A stretch of DNA of 63,910 nt, counting the filler, from Atractiella rhizophila (lineage: Eukaryota): the NCBI GenBank assembly GCA_021432655.1. It is 14 parts of 14 records of this genome, joined end to end, with 100 filler letters (N's around TTAATTAATTAA, not from the genome) between each part and the next. Parts side by side here need not be neighbours in the genome. Positions count along the whole stretch, not along the records: positions 1 to 6,156 come from MU272323.1; positions 6,257 to 12,396 come from MU272324.1; 12 more parts are not named here. One strand, written 5' to 3'. Below are positions 1 through 12,496 of this stretch, piece by piece (within the stretch, counting starts at the first letter, position 1; every line of letters starts with the position of its first letter). The position numbers and the translations under genes were made by a program. Under the pieces are notes generated by a model, which had not been told where the DNA came from, ran no database searches, and worked only from the letters and a program-made list of their open reading frames with translations.

Positions 1-723
1 CTCAAGTTCAGGAACAACTTTCGGATGAAATCCGCAGCATACATTGGCGAACAGCGAAAATCAAGCAAGAAGAATTGGTCATTTCAAGGCTCTGACACAA
101 TTCATCAGCGATTTCAATTAGACTGTCTGTCAATTTGCGCACAATGGTTGTCTCGTTCCAGTGACAGGGGAACTTAGTTCCCTATTACGCAGCTGGCTAA
201 TCCACGCCGCGCCGGGAAGGAAGGACATCTTGCTCTGAGCAAGACATCGGGGCTACGGGGACCTTCGACCAAAAATGCGCACCATTGACCAACAGTTCAA
301 CTCAACTTCTCGTCAGCTAACGAGCGAAACCAGCTGTTTAGGAGAGTGATGGACTCTCCGCCCCTTCTCATCTGTCCTTCTCGGCGATGCGATCAGAGAC
401 CTGGATAGATGATCATCCGCAGGACTTCCGCTAGGAACTTGTTGTCGCTCACGCCATTCTTCCATTATTACCTAAGTGCCTCGTCCTCGGAAGAGCGGAA
501 GGAGGTGTTTGAAGCGAACGGGCAAATGGTACAGTGTTGTCCGGTGTTGGCGTTGATCGATCATTACAGCCAGTCTAGTCGCAGGATATAAATCGAGGAT
601 CATGCAAGCGCCAATTCCCACTTCGTTCTCTCTCTTTGTAGCTTTTTCTATCACGTATCCAAATACCCTAGAAGTACAGTAATATCGTCAAGGATCGCCT
701 TCCTCCAACACATTCCTTCTACA

Positions 724-2443
724 ATGAAACCTCTCTCCATCCCTGCCCTTGCCACAATGTCAGCAGTTGCGAAAGCTCAGCTCAACAATGTCAGAGGGGT
801 AACCTATGGAACCGAAGGGATTCCCGACACAGTTTCCATCGATTCTAGTCTTTCCGCTACCGTAGACAAAGTGTGCCTCCTTTCTTTCTCCTGTAGCACA
901 AATAAATAATGTCGGCAGGTCTACAATGTTCTCCGCCAAGTCGCCGCGCACAGTTGGGAATGGGGAGGTCCGTGTTCTCGTCTCATTTGCCCCCAAGCCA
1001 GTAACAGATGGATGTACGGATGCAGCTCAAGCAGAAGTAGCCACCGAAGCTTTCTACCCAGAACTCGACGTCTTCTCTCGCCAATGCCCATTTCCCCTCT
1101 GCTCTTCTGAGAACGCAACTTTCGACGGTACAGTCCCCACGGAGCTGTTTGCCATCATGGACCCCATTTTGGCGCAGAGGACTCCAGGAATGCTGCCCAT
1201 CGTGAACGGAGATGGAGCAGCAGGAGACCCCGCTAGTTTAGGTGCAGCTTTGCTTCGCGCCACTCGAAAACTCACTAACTATGACGCTAGGTATCGCTGC
1301 AGTTCTTTGTGGGAGGACGACACCGGGGGATAACGCCAGCTATTACATTCAACCCGCGGTGGATCAGCTCGATTTCCTCCTCAATGACGTACCAAGATAC
1401 ACTGTGCGGCTCTTTCCCTCTCCTTTTCTTAGCACACTAATTAATGTCATGGGATGGCTGAAGAACGGCGCGATTTCTCATCGTGAAGCTCAAGTCCAGT
1501 TGTGGGCTGATAACCTCTACATGGCCCCTCCTTTCATTGCATATAAAGGAGTCTTACGCGGCAACTTTTCTCTTGTCCAGCTGGCCTTTGAGCAGTTCAC
1601 GGACTACAACGAAGTGCTCGGGGATGAAGAGCTGAAGCTTTGGCATCATATCAGGCTTGGAGATACGAGCAATGGGGGTGCTTTGGACGAGGGGTTGTGG
1701 TCCACGTTCGGCTTCCTCCCTCCATACAGGCCACGTTCACTGATATTGGAATGCACTGGAATAGCGGAAATGGTTGGGCTCTGGCTGGCGCAATGCGCAT
1801 TCTCGCTACTGCAAGGCATCTTCCTCGCTCCTACCGGCGCCAGACGAAGGCGCTAGAGGCCAATATGACCGCTATAGCTTCTGGGATGTTTGACAACGCC
1901 TGGTCCTTCCAAGATATTGAGACGGCGCTCTTACCCAACTACTTCAATAGCACTGAAGGTTTGTTGTTTCCTACCCGTCTGGATGAAGCAATGAGTGTTT
2001 ACGTTTAATTGGACGTGGCAGCGAAAGCTTTCCTTGAAGCTACTGGAACAGCCATGATTACTGCTGCAACTTATCGATATGCCCAATTGACAGGAGACAT
2101 AAGCTATATCCCTTTCGGTTCGCCATTCCCTCCGTTTTCTTCCTTGCCCAACGAATCGCAATATTGATGAACATATGTTAAACTCGAACAGCTGAAAGAG
2201 CCTTCTTTGCCATTATCGAGAATAATATCGATCCGGACACAGGCATCCTGAGTCCAGTAGTCAATCCACTTGGTCCGTCTCCCCATTCTGTATTGTGCGT
2301 TTGGACTATCTGACTCAATTGGTTCTGCAGGTTGGGGAGATCATCAGCCTCTTGATAGCAACAGCGCTTCGCCCGAAGGTCAGGCGGCCGTTATTGCAAT
2401 GATTTCAGCGAGGAACGATTGGAAGAAGAAGCCTTGGGAATAA
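724..2443 (+). CDS. Glycoside hydrolase family 105/88-like protein, multi-exon, probably secreted
   Basis: Exons joined at GT-AG introns give HSWEWG, GDGAAGDPASLG, GAISHRE..QLWADNLYMAPPFIAY, LWHHI, WST.GNGWALAG..R, EATGTAMITAATYR and SPEGQA. These motifs are typical of fungal GH105-like proteins. Stop TAA at 2441-2443. Confidence 0.8.
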
Positions 2444-2679
2444 TGTGTCGTCGTGGCTTTAAGCATGAATACATCTGCTCCAGGTTCGATAAAAGTACTG
2501 TCATCGCTCTTTGATATAGGACATACTTGGCTGTTGTAGCCAACAGGATTGTTGTGCAGATTTATCTATTTCTATTTTATACAGAAACCTGTTTCAAGGC
2601 ATTTTGTGAGAATTAGCGAACAACAGAGCAAACTCAGAATTTTCCCAGACACTCAGACCCAGACTCTGACCTCTGGCCC

Positions 2680-5478
2680 TCAAGAGAAACTTCTGAACTT
2701 CTCCTCCTTAAGCTCGATACCCTCCTTGATCGTTTCCTCCAACAAGGGGTCAACAATCCAATCCTCGTACGGTGCCCAAACTCCTGGTCGCTTGAGTTTC
2801 CCGTCTAGCACCAACTGAACCGCGATACCACAAGGCACACCGACAAGTCTAGCCATACTGCTACTTCCACCATCTATGCTTCCAGTCGGTGCACCGAAAT
2901 CGATGAGTGTGGACGTGCGCGTCTCCTTCGATCCATCCGCGTTTTCCACGATGAACTTGTGTTGTAGGACAACGAGGTCACGATCACCTTTCTCAAGTGA
3001 CATTTTAGATTCGAAAAGCGCGCATAAAGTGTCGAGCATGTTCGAGCGGACAATCTTGGCGGGGTTCGAGGAGAGGAAGCCATACCAATAGAGGCCGGCG
3101 AAGAATTTCTCGAGATTGGAGGAGGCGGCAGGAGAGGTGGAGAAGGCGGGAAGGTTAGATATCCTCTCCTTGATGGCGGGCAGAAGTGCGCTCTCCGATG
3201 TATCATTGCTCCCAATCGACTTGGCAGTGATTTGAGCCTTTTCAGAAGAAGATCAGCTGAGGAAGTGTAACGGCGAACTGCGTACCCAAGTCAAATCCCC
3301 CTTCAGCCAGTCCTTCTCGCTGTCATCCATGAATCCCAACTTCTTAATTCCCTCAATGAACTCGCAAAAGCCCTCATAGCGCATAGTACCTCTGACGAAG
3401 TCTTCGCATTCCTCTCCCAAGCCGTACAATTCCCTGAATGGTGTGCTGTCACGATTGGGATAGGCAACAAAGGCAAATCCAGGGGCGACGTAGTAAGGTT
3501 TCGCGAAGGACATCAGCTCTGTGCCGGGAACAGGATACGGCTTTCCCTTTGAGAGGAACTTCGCGTCATTGAGGAGGGCAAGGAGAGCACCTCGTGCAGA
3601 CCACGAAAATTTGTAGCCCAATGGGTTCGTCGCGTTTTCTGGTGCGACGAGGCCTCCACAATAGGAGGAGAAACCCTTCACCTGCCCCATTCTGAGGTTA
3701 GTCTCCTTATGTATGAAGAGTCAATGGCGTACCTTTCCTCCTTCCGCCTTGATTTCTCGAAATCCCTTCATAGCCCAAAGGTGATCAACTCCGGGATCCA
3801 AACCAATCTCATTGACGATCGTGACACCAGCATCTTTTGCTTCTTGCTCCACTTCACGAATTGCAGGACTGATGTAGCTAGTGGTGACTACATCCTTCTT
3901 CTGTTTGATTGCTTCTTTGATCACAAGAATATGGTAAGTGTATGGGATGAGGGAGATGATGAGGTCGTGTGTGGAGATTGCCTTGGCCAATGCAGCCCCG
4001 TCTGTCACATCGAGCGAGATACAAGAGACTGCTGTCGTGACTGAGAGTTCAGCTGCAAGTGCTTTGGCGGTAGCGAGCGTGCGACAAGCTGTTCACAGAA
4101 TCCGACTACTGAGTTTGCTTACACCTCAGAAAAAAAGGCATACCAATGGTAAGCTGATTTTCCGGCCGTCGAAGAACATATTCAGCGGCTGGACCGGCAA
4201 CCAGTCCACTACCAAGAAGGAGGATTCTCTTCGGGGCAAGATTCTCGCTCCCAGGAATGTAGCTTTTCGCTTTATCGATCTCAACTCGGGCAAACTCCGG
4301 CATAACAAAAGCAGCGGAGTGTGCCTTCTCATTCCAATACTTCATCGTCTGCCCAGGTTTGAGAACCAAATCCTTCGATCGCCGGAGGGGATACGTGAAG
4401 TCTCTCTTTCCGTCCTTCGTCGCCATCAGAAATCCGATCGTACCGGAAGGGTAGGTCGGGATGGAAGTTTTGGCATAAGTAACATTTCCGCCGTAGTCAG
4501 CAAAGACAGTCTTCATCTCCTTCAACAGGTTCGAGATGAGGTTGAGGTGCAGCCATATACACTCTCCTTGAGTCGCGATCGTGCCTCCTTCTGCCAAATT
4601 ATCCCTCAACAGCGCAAAGTAGTCCTTCTGGAAGAGTGAGTCGGCAGGCATAGAGCTTCCCTCTACCGCATCCGCATCTGAGGGATCCGAAGAGTCAGTT
4701 ATGATCACGTCGAATTCCCCTTTCCCCTTCCGATCACGAAGGAATTCGAAACCGTCTCCGATGAACACTTCGACTCGTGGATCATCAAACCCTTGCGCCA
4801 TACCCTTCAGGTAGAGCTTCGAGACGCGAGGAACAGCTTCATCGATATCGCAGAGAACAGCGCGCTCAACCGTGGGGTGCTTGAGCACTTCTCGGAGGAC
4901 TCCTCCGTCACCACCGCCGATAACAAGGACCGATTTGGGATTCGGATGGGAAGCCATAGGGAGGTGGGTGATCATCTCTTGGTATCTGTTCAAGTTATTA
5001 GATTTGCCGATAAGGTCTGCTCGTGTTCAAAAACCTGACAGTAGTTGCACAGGAATTCTAGATAGTTCCCAAGTCTCCTTGGAATGGGACTTTATCAGAT
5101 TATCAAAGGCAATGTTTTATAGCACCATGCACAAGCAATTTGGATATCTAGTACCCATATGCAAGTCGTACAAACATTTAAGACGGTGTACTGAACTCGT
5201 CAGAAAAGCGGGAAGTGACTCGTAGAAAATAGCAACTTCCCTTCAAAAACGCAAGAAACGACTTACGCAAACTCATCATCTTCCACGCATTGAATAGCTC
5301 CGTCGAGCACTAGCACATTGCCATGCTTAAAACTCTCAAAGACGAGGACGTCCTGAAATTTGCTTTTCTCGACATGCAGAATCTTCTTCACCTTCAAACT
5401 CATCGCTTGTCCCGGCCAGAGCGGTGAGAGCTCTTGAAACCATCCGTCTTTAATCGAAGGGTGTGTGAGTTCTGACAT
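2680..5478 (-). CDS. SPE3-LYS9: Spermidine synthase-saccharopine dehydrogenase fusion (Spe-Sdh)
   Basis: N-terminal [37 protein letters not shown] and [11 protein letters not shown] run in frame into [37 protein letters not shown] and [14 protein letters not shown]. Confidence 0.97.
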
Positions 5479-5576
5479 CGTGGCTATCGCTTGTGCTGGG
5501 TGTCTTGGTGAATTGATCAAAAAAATGTCGAGTCGATCATTTTCAAGCAAAATTTCAAATCGATTGCTCATCTCAG

Positions 5577-5588
5577 TCACGTGAGTCA
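5577..5588. promoter_or_regulatory. Overlapping E-box (TCACGTGA) and Gcn4/CpcA-type element (TGAGTCA) in a 128-bp divergent promoter
   Basis: TCACGTGAGTCA lies between the divergent start codons at 5478 (-) and 5607 (+). Function is inferred from motif identity only. Confidence 0.5.
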
Positions 5589-5606
5589 CAAACACCAAAA
5601 TCCAAA

Positions 5607-6156
5607 ATGTCTTTGGCTGACCCTTCCGAACGCGCCCACTGGATTTCTGTATTAAAGACATTCACATCTTATAGAACCGCAGCTTTATCAGGCAACCAGC
5701 TGCGTCGAAGGGACTTCTACTCCCTTGCCCAGCATCAGAGAGAACTTATTGGTGATGCCTACAAGAAATTATTAGACGATGCAGATTGGTGTATTAGGGC
5801 CAATGCCGATTTTTGTGATGAGATTGCGAGCGAGGCCGCTGCGATGTTTGGGTTAGAAGATGGAGAAGGAGGTTCGTGCTTCACTGCACGAATGGCGCCT
5901 TCGGTAAAGCTGAAGTTGGGACAGGCGAGGATCTTGCGATGGATGGGGAAGCCGGGGACACTCATTCACACGATGGTCATCTAAATTCTCACTCTCACTC
6001 TCATTCTCATCCACATACACATCCTGCGCCAATCTCTGCCGCGCCAACTGGCAAGCCAGATTACGAGAAGCTCCGTTCAACGCTTCGCCAATTCGTGCGT
6101 GACTGGTCAGCCGAGGTGCGCTCTTCCACTTGAATTTGGCTACTACAGCAACTTGC
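5607..6156 (+). CDS. Carnosine N-methyltransferase / N2227-like protein, 5' partial
   Basis: Contains [19 protein letters not shown], the N2227/CARNMT1 hallmark, and an N-terminal helical region ending CIRANADF. Truncated by a spacer. Confidence 0.85.
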
Positions 6157-6256
6157 NNNNNNNNNNNNNNNNNNNNNNNNNNNNNNNNNNNNNNNNNNNN
6201 TTAATTAATTAANNNNNNNNNNNNNNNNNNNNNNNNNNNNNNNNNNNNNNNNNNNN
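6157..6256. other. Artificial scaffold spacer (N44-TTAATTAATTAA-N44); first of 13
   Basis: Identical 100-bp spacers with stops in all six frames start at 6157, 12397, 14615, 16154, 22377, 28576, 30418, 36606, 42793, 48976, 55158, 61327 and 62602. Confidence 0.98.
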
Positions 6257-7898
6257 ATCCTCAGTGTAATGTCTGTCTATTAGTCTTATTCTTTATGCCT
6301 CATCTGTCCTACGATCCGTTCATCCCGGCCTATCGAATATTCAAAAAAGCAAATCAAATGTTCAATGTTACGTCCCTCTTGCATATTGCGCTTTGGTCTC
6401 TTCGTTTTGATTCTTACAATGCTGATAAAAGGGACGTGCTTTAACTCCTTTCAGTATATAACATCTTCGGGTTGTATGTCATGTCCTTGTACTGTAAATG
6501 AAAGAGTTTTTCAAACTATTTAGCTGAACCTGAGCTCCTTCCATCGATGTCCTGCCTCGAAGCGGCCTGCTAAATGAAAGTTGGAATAGAACCGATGCAC
6601 GATGCAAGGCGGGTGAGGTCGCTCTGCATTCTGGAATCACCTAAGGTCTCAACAAGCTCTTAAGTTCTCAAGTTTTCTTTTCTGGCCACCTTCCACATAC
6701 AAGCTTGAGCATGTCTCAAGATGCCCTTGATCCCCTTGAACTCAAAATGTGGCCGGGATACTCGCCACTGGCAGCAGGTGCAACAACGACCTCAAACAGA
6801 ACTGCAAATGAGCTGTTCTTTCCCTGCATTGTCTGCTCACTGAGCTCACAAGCAAAATAGTGATGACTTGGGACTCGCCCTGAGAAAAGCGCAGGGAAAG
6901 CCGGTGGAGCATTAGGTTTGAAAGCTCCCAGTGGCCATTAGCCTCATCTCGAGCTCTCAAAGGAGAGAGGCGAAGAGGAGGCGAGAATCTCGATGATGGA
7001 CCTTAATTATCAAACATTATCGGTTCTCTCTCCTTGTGCAATGTGTGACCACAATGCCCAACGATTTCGCAGACAAAAAAAGACAAACACGCACCCACAT
7101 TGACATCTATCTTCGATCGGGGATACTGCTTGATGAGATCAGCTCCAGAAGCATGTGGATAGATCCTAAAGCCACGACAATTGGTCAGGTGACGGAGCCT
7201 TGCAGACGAGATTTCAGAACGAGATGGACGAACCGTAACGAACCCTTCTGCGCATGCCACGGGCTGAGACATCACAACATCAGTGATGGTATGGGCGAAG
7301 AGACAGAGTCGCCCGGCAATAGCGCTTTAGAAATCCACCCAACGTGGACGCTCGGCTTTTCGCCATAATATTGTCATGAGGAGGACGTGTCCCTTCCGAA
7401 ATGTGCTTTTGTTCAACAGAAATGTGCAGAAGAGTTGTAGAAGTGCGAGAACCAGTAGATGGTTTGCATTGACAGGGCTTTCGCTCCTGCGATCGGAGAC
7501 CTATCCGTGGACAATTTAGCTCATTATGAACTCGAAAGTAGGAAGAGGAACAACCTTTACTAAAATAAATGTCCAGGCCGGTAATCCATGCCTGATAGTT
7601 TAAACGATGCCACGAAACTCAAGTACTGTGTCTATAATCCTTGGAGAATCGGCCGTGTATAAATTACAGGGCCAGGAAGTCTTGAATCGAAAATTGATCG
7701 TAAATATCATGTCATGAGGGTAAGCAAAACAAGCGACATAAATGACAAAGGTATCTTAAATCCTCCACAAATAATAACACTTGATGATGTTCAAACTTCT
7801 GTTCAGAAATCGTCCCAATCTCAGGAGCAAAAAACACAACAAACAGCCCGATTAGGATCAAGCATCGACAGGGTGTGTCCAGTCGTCTCATATCCCAT

Positions 7899-9822
7899 TC
7901 AAGATTCGGACTCCTTAGCTCTTGCCTCGTCGCTCAGTCTCCGATCCTGTTGACCTTTCAAGAACAAGATGGGAAAAGCGGTGACTGCACAGATCACTCC
8001 CTACCGACCACATCGAGGTAAGTCTCCTGTCTGTTGATAGGAGGGAGAGGTGACGGAAGGGAAGGAAGCGCGTACCTGGAAGATCAAGCTCTTCTTCATG
8101 TTCTTTGGCGGATGCGCGTCTGACCCCGCTCGCAAGGCATCCATCGCCACGATCACGACGACGGTGAATCCATTTCCAAACAGATACATGATCGAGCTAG
8201 TCGTTCCAGGGCTGACAACAGGGTAAAGGACCTCGCTGTTCCCAAACACACATCCATCAGAAGTCCATCCATTCAAACACCAGGAATGAGGGTCAAACTC
8301 ACGCGGCGAGTTCCAAGGCAACAGGGAGGAGCGAGAAAGATGCAGCACCGTTGAGGACGGCGAGAAAGTAGATGCCGGGATAATCGTTCGCTTTGATGGC
8401 CCAGATGTAACACAAATAAGTGGCGGAGATCACGGGACGAGCAGGCGGCAAAGGAGAGCTTGACGATGAGGGAAGAAACGGTCGATTACTGGAGCCGTTA
8501 TTGCAGCACCGACGAGACCAGAAAAGATGAGAGCGGCTCCGATGTATCCAGCGGCGTCAGAGGAGTACCTAGATGGGACATTTCAGTTTTGAAGGTTTAA
8601 GGCTCAGAGACGAATGCGTGTGAGGGAGACGAACCCGTAAGGCTCGAAGATTTGGTTTACAAAGATGGAAAACTGCCCACCGTATACATTTAGTTACTCT
8701 GCTCTCCTTATCCTGAAGATGAGAGTGGAAGACGTACAGCACCAAAGAAAGCGATGAAGACGGTGAAGGTGGAAGCGATGATGAGGAAATCCGCCCTTTT
8801 TCTTCCCGCAATCTGCATTCCGTTCCCAACACCGAGTATGGCTTTCACACCCTCCCAAACCCTGACCTTCTCCTCTTCCGCAGCCGCTGAGGGAGGAGTG
8901 GGTGGGCGTTCCATCACCCTAAAGCAGTAAGGGAGATGACGGTAGTGAGGATTCCAGCGAGGATGAGGAGGGTTTTGAAGTCCTTTATTGTCGTCAGTAA
9001 CGATCGCAGGGCTGATGATGTAGCTGATCGCTCCACCGAAAGGATTGGAGACTGCGATGAGCATGGTGCTGATCGTCCTGAAATTGGGCGACATCCACCG
9101 TTCGGAGAAGAGAGGACCTAAGACTAGGATGAGGGGTTGAGCGAGTCCACCGAGGACGGAGCCGAGAAAGAGGAGGCGTAAGCTCCTGAGTTGGAGGTGG
9201 AGGAGAGGGAGGGGAAAGAGGCGTAACGGAGCCAGGCGCCGATGGTTTGGAGCACTGCGCCTAGAATGATGGTGTATCGAAATCCGATCTTCGTGAGGAG
9301 GAAGGGGATACACGGTGCTACCTGTATGAGAGAAATTGTTAGTCACTTAGCTTTTGAGGGGGATTTCATGAAATGAGGAAGACGAACGATGATGTATAGA
9401 GCGCACACGATGTTCGCTAGCCAGTTTACTTTGGTCAACGACAGCCGATAATATGCGGCGGTATCGTCCGCGATAGACGAGAAGAGAACCTGCACATCAT
9501 ACGTCGAAGAATGTTACTTCTGCCTTGCCCCCCCATTCGAGAGGAAACGCACCCAGTTAACTGCAATGTAAAAAGTAAACACATTTCACTCCCGCCCAGC
9601 CTTGACAGGAAGAAAAGCAACTACGTACTTGAAGACACGATGTTCAGGAGGGATCATAGCGATTAACCCAATCCACCTCCTCTTATAAACACGATAAGAC
9701 GTTCCTGCCGTCGCAACCCTCCTCACAGATCCCGAATCGACAAGTTCAATCTCATCCTGCGAACTCTTCTCTAGCTGGGTTTTGCCGTTCAGAGAGCTGG
9801 GAGAAGTTGTGGACGAGTTCAT
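7899..9822 (-). CDS. MFS transporter (FLVCR/SLC49-like) with four apparent homopolymer frameshifts
   Basis: Motifs YRVYKRRWIGL, VNWLANI, IGAWLRY, GLAQPL..SERW and ERPPTPPS, with about 12 hydrophobic segments. Frame breaks near 9651, 9176, 8975 and 8918. Confidence 0.8.
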
Positions 9823-11368
9823 GACGAGCTTCGAGAAAGTATTGATCGCACGACTTCGACGCTGTCCGAACTCGATCGTTCTTTATCGGTCGGTCGAGCT
9901 GGAGAGAAGAGATACGCACCAGATATCAACTTTGCTAGCAACTTATGCACACCAAATCCACAAACACCATGGATAACACACCCAGCCAGCAGCCCCAGGA
10001 TGGTATTTATTCACCTATCAAAGTTCAGGTTGTCGCAGCAGAGGTCATTTGGCTAATACAAGGTGAATACTTACCGAGGTGTGGGGACGCGCACGATCGC
10101 GCACGGGGAAGTCGGCAGTTCGTGATCTGTCAAAGGAAAGAAAAGAAACACGGTGACAATGTTGGGCAAGCAAGGGCAAGCGAGAACGAAGAGAGCAGCG
10201 CAGCCTGGTGGGCTCACGCCTGGGGCGCTCTATTAAACATCACAAACTGCTTCCCCTTCAGAATGAGCTGCTGATTCTTCCTCACATCCAAAATTCACGG
10301 CGAGAGGTCTCAAAACTTGAACTGTTTCGCTATCGACTTCCAAAGAACACCGCTTGCTCAGGCAGTTGACGACTTGTATGGCCAGTGGGGAATTCATTGT
10401 TCAGGAATAGCAACGAAGGAGAATTATCGCCATCCCGGCTTCCTTTGAAACTGCAGAGGTGAGCTGGCTGCTATTGCTCTCGGACTGGGCCTGAACTCTG
10501 GAGGAAAACGGAACGCCATGATATTCATGTGCGACGTTGAGTGAAGGGATTGCTTCGATCTTACTAAGACTCTGTGCCACGCCATCCTACCAGCTCTTCA
10601 TGTTTTGAAATGGCTCTTACAATGCCCTTCTCAAGGCGAGGAAAACATAAGGACATCTCTCGCTGCACTTGGAATCATGACGTATAACCGTTCTGTACTT
10701 GCTGAAACTGCCCAGTGCTGAGTCTAGTCTACTCTAACCTGCCAAGTCGTTTGCTAAAGCAGACCACAACATTTGACGGCAAGGACGCGTGACGCGTTGG
10801 CGTCCGCAGCAAGCTTTACTTTCTAACTTCTTGACATAATGCCTGTTGCAACCGCATCTGTTTACGTCCTCACACAATTTGTCTCATTTTGATTGTGTTT
10901 CTTCTTATTTTGATCATGTTCTTCTTCCCTCCATTCACAATATTCCGTGGCCATGTGCTTATCCATCCTAATGTATCGACTTTCATCCAAATTGTTGGAC
11001 TGAATCCCACAACTGCTTCACACTCAAACAAGAAGCGATCTTTGTCAACCTTAGACCTGAATATCAAAACAGGCTCGATATTGTATGCCAATCCGGTGAG
11101 CCGGATTTGTTGCTAGGCAATGGATCACAGAGAACAGCTTCCTTTCAAGATTAGACAGACCGCTTCTCCGCCATCACACTGGTCTGGCACTCATTCTTAT
11201 CGCGTTCGTCCTCAAACAAAAGAGAGGAGAGGGTTGAGCCCATTGTCACGCTCGCTGAATTACCAAACCTGTTTGCCTGTCTGGCCAAGCTGCGCTGACA
11301 CTCCTTTACTTTAACCTCAGCTTACCTACCACACACAGCTTCTACTTTACCCCTTGGTTACACTCGCG

Positions 11369-12396
11369 ATGAGCGAAACTGCTGGTCCATATCTTCTAGG
11401 CGGCGCGACGTGGGACGCAAGTGCCATCGGTCTCGTTTCCAGCTTCGTATTGGGGCTAGGAATTGGCATTCCTCTACTGGTTTGTTCCACATATGCCATC
11501 AGTTTATTTGTGTCGTCTCTGAAGGGAACACAGGTTGTATTCAGCTTCGTACACCTCAAATACCGCTCCTTCTACTTTCCTCGAACCTTCTTTCCCCCTC
11601 CTGCCTCCCGTTCATCCCCTCCTCGAGCTTCAGATGGGAAGTTCACCTGGCTTTGGAACCCTTTCTACACCGCTCAACGGGGTGGGAGGTGGAGAGAATG
11701 GCTTTATGGTCCTCCATATCCATGGCTCCGCCCCCCTAACTCACCAATGCCGACCTTAATGGACGGAGATGGAGGGAAGAAGGCAGAAGAGGTATTTTTA
11801 AACGACGAGCACCTTCACCTCCGCACTCTCGCCCTCTTCTTCCGCATCGTCCTCCTCTGGTCCCTCTGCGGCCTCCTCATCGGTCTCCCACTCTACACCG
11901 TCGGCGTCCCTACACTCGCTGGATTAGCGGAAGAAGGGACAATAGGACGATATGCGAGCTTGGACCAACTCAACCTCCTCCGTCTATTGCGCGCCTACGA
12001 CATCGAGAAAGATGTTGGAGCGCAGGGGTCATTCCACGTAGATGGGTTGAGCGCTGGACACAGGTTGATAGTCATCACGGCCTTCGCCCTCACGATACCG
12101 ATCGTGGGCACGCTCTGGCTATTGAAGGAGGAATTCGACTTGGTCATTCAGAACCGGAGACAGTTTCGGGAGGTCTATTGCAAAGGGTTGGAGATCGGGT
12201 TCCTCGGCGTCAATGCGTGGAAGCGCAGTTGGCTTTGGGGTTGGAGGGGGAGAGGGAAGAAGAGGTACCAGTTGAAGGGGATGAGCGATGTACGTCTTCG
12301 CGAGTTGCTCGTCATGTGTGGGCTGGGACCGGAAGAAGAGGGGAGTGTCAGGGCAAAGGAGAAGGATAGAGAAGGGAGGAGGAGGAAGGAGAGCGG
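11369..12396 (+). CDS. Multi-pass membrane protein, possibly CSC1/OSCA (DUF221)-like N-terminus, partial
   Basis: Long ORF with a TM segment, then FSFVHLKYRSFYFPR, LRTLALFFRIVLLWSLCGLLIGLPLY and LDQLNLL, resembling the RSN1_TM region. Start uncertain; truncated by a spacer. Confidence 0.45.
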
Positions 12397-12496
12397 NNNN
12401 NNNNNNNNNNNNNNNNNNNNNNNNNNNNNNNNNNNNNNNNTTAATTAATTAANNNNNNNNNNNNNNNNNNNNNNNNNNNNNNNNNNNNNNNNNNNN

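Noticed and set aside
10785..10797. Tandem ACGCGT (MCB-like) sites
   Set aside because: These are short motifs with no adjacent recognisable cell-cycle gene, so they cannot be distinguished from chance.
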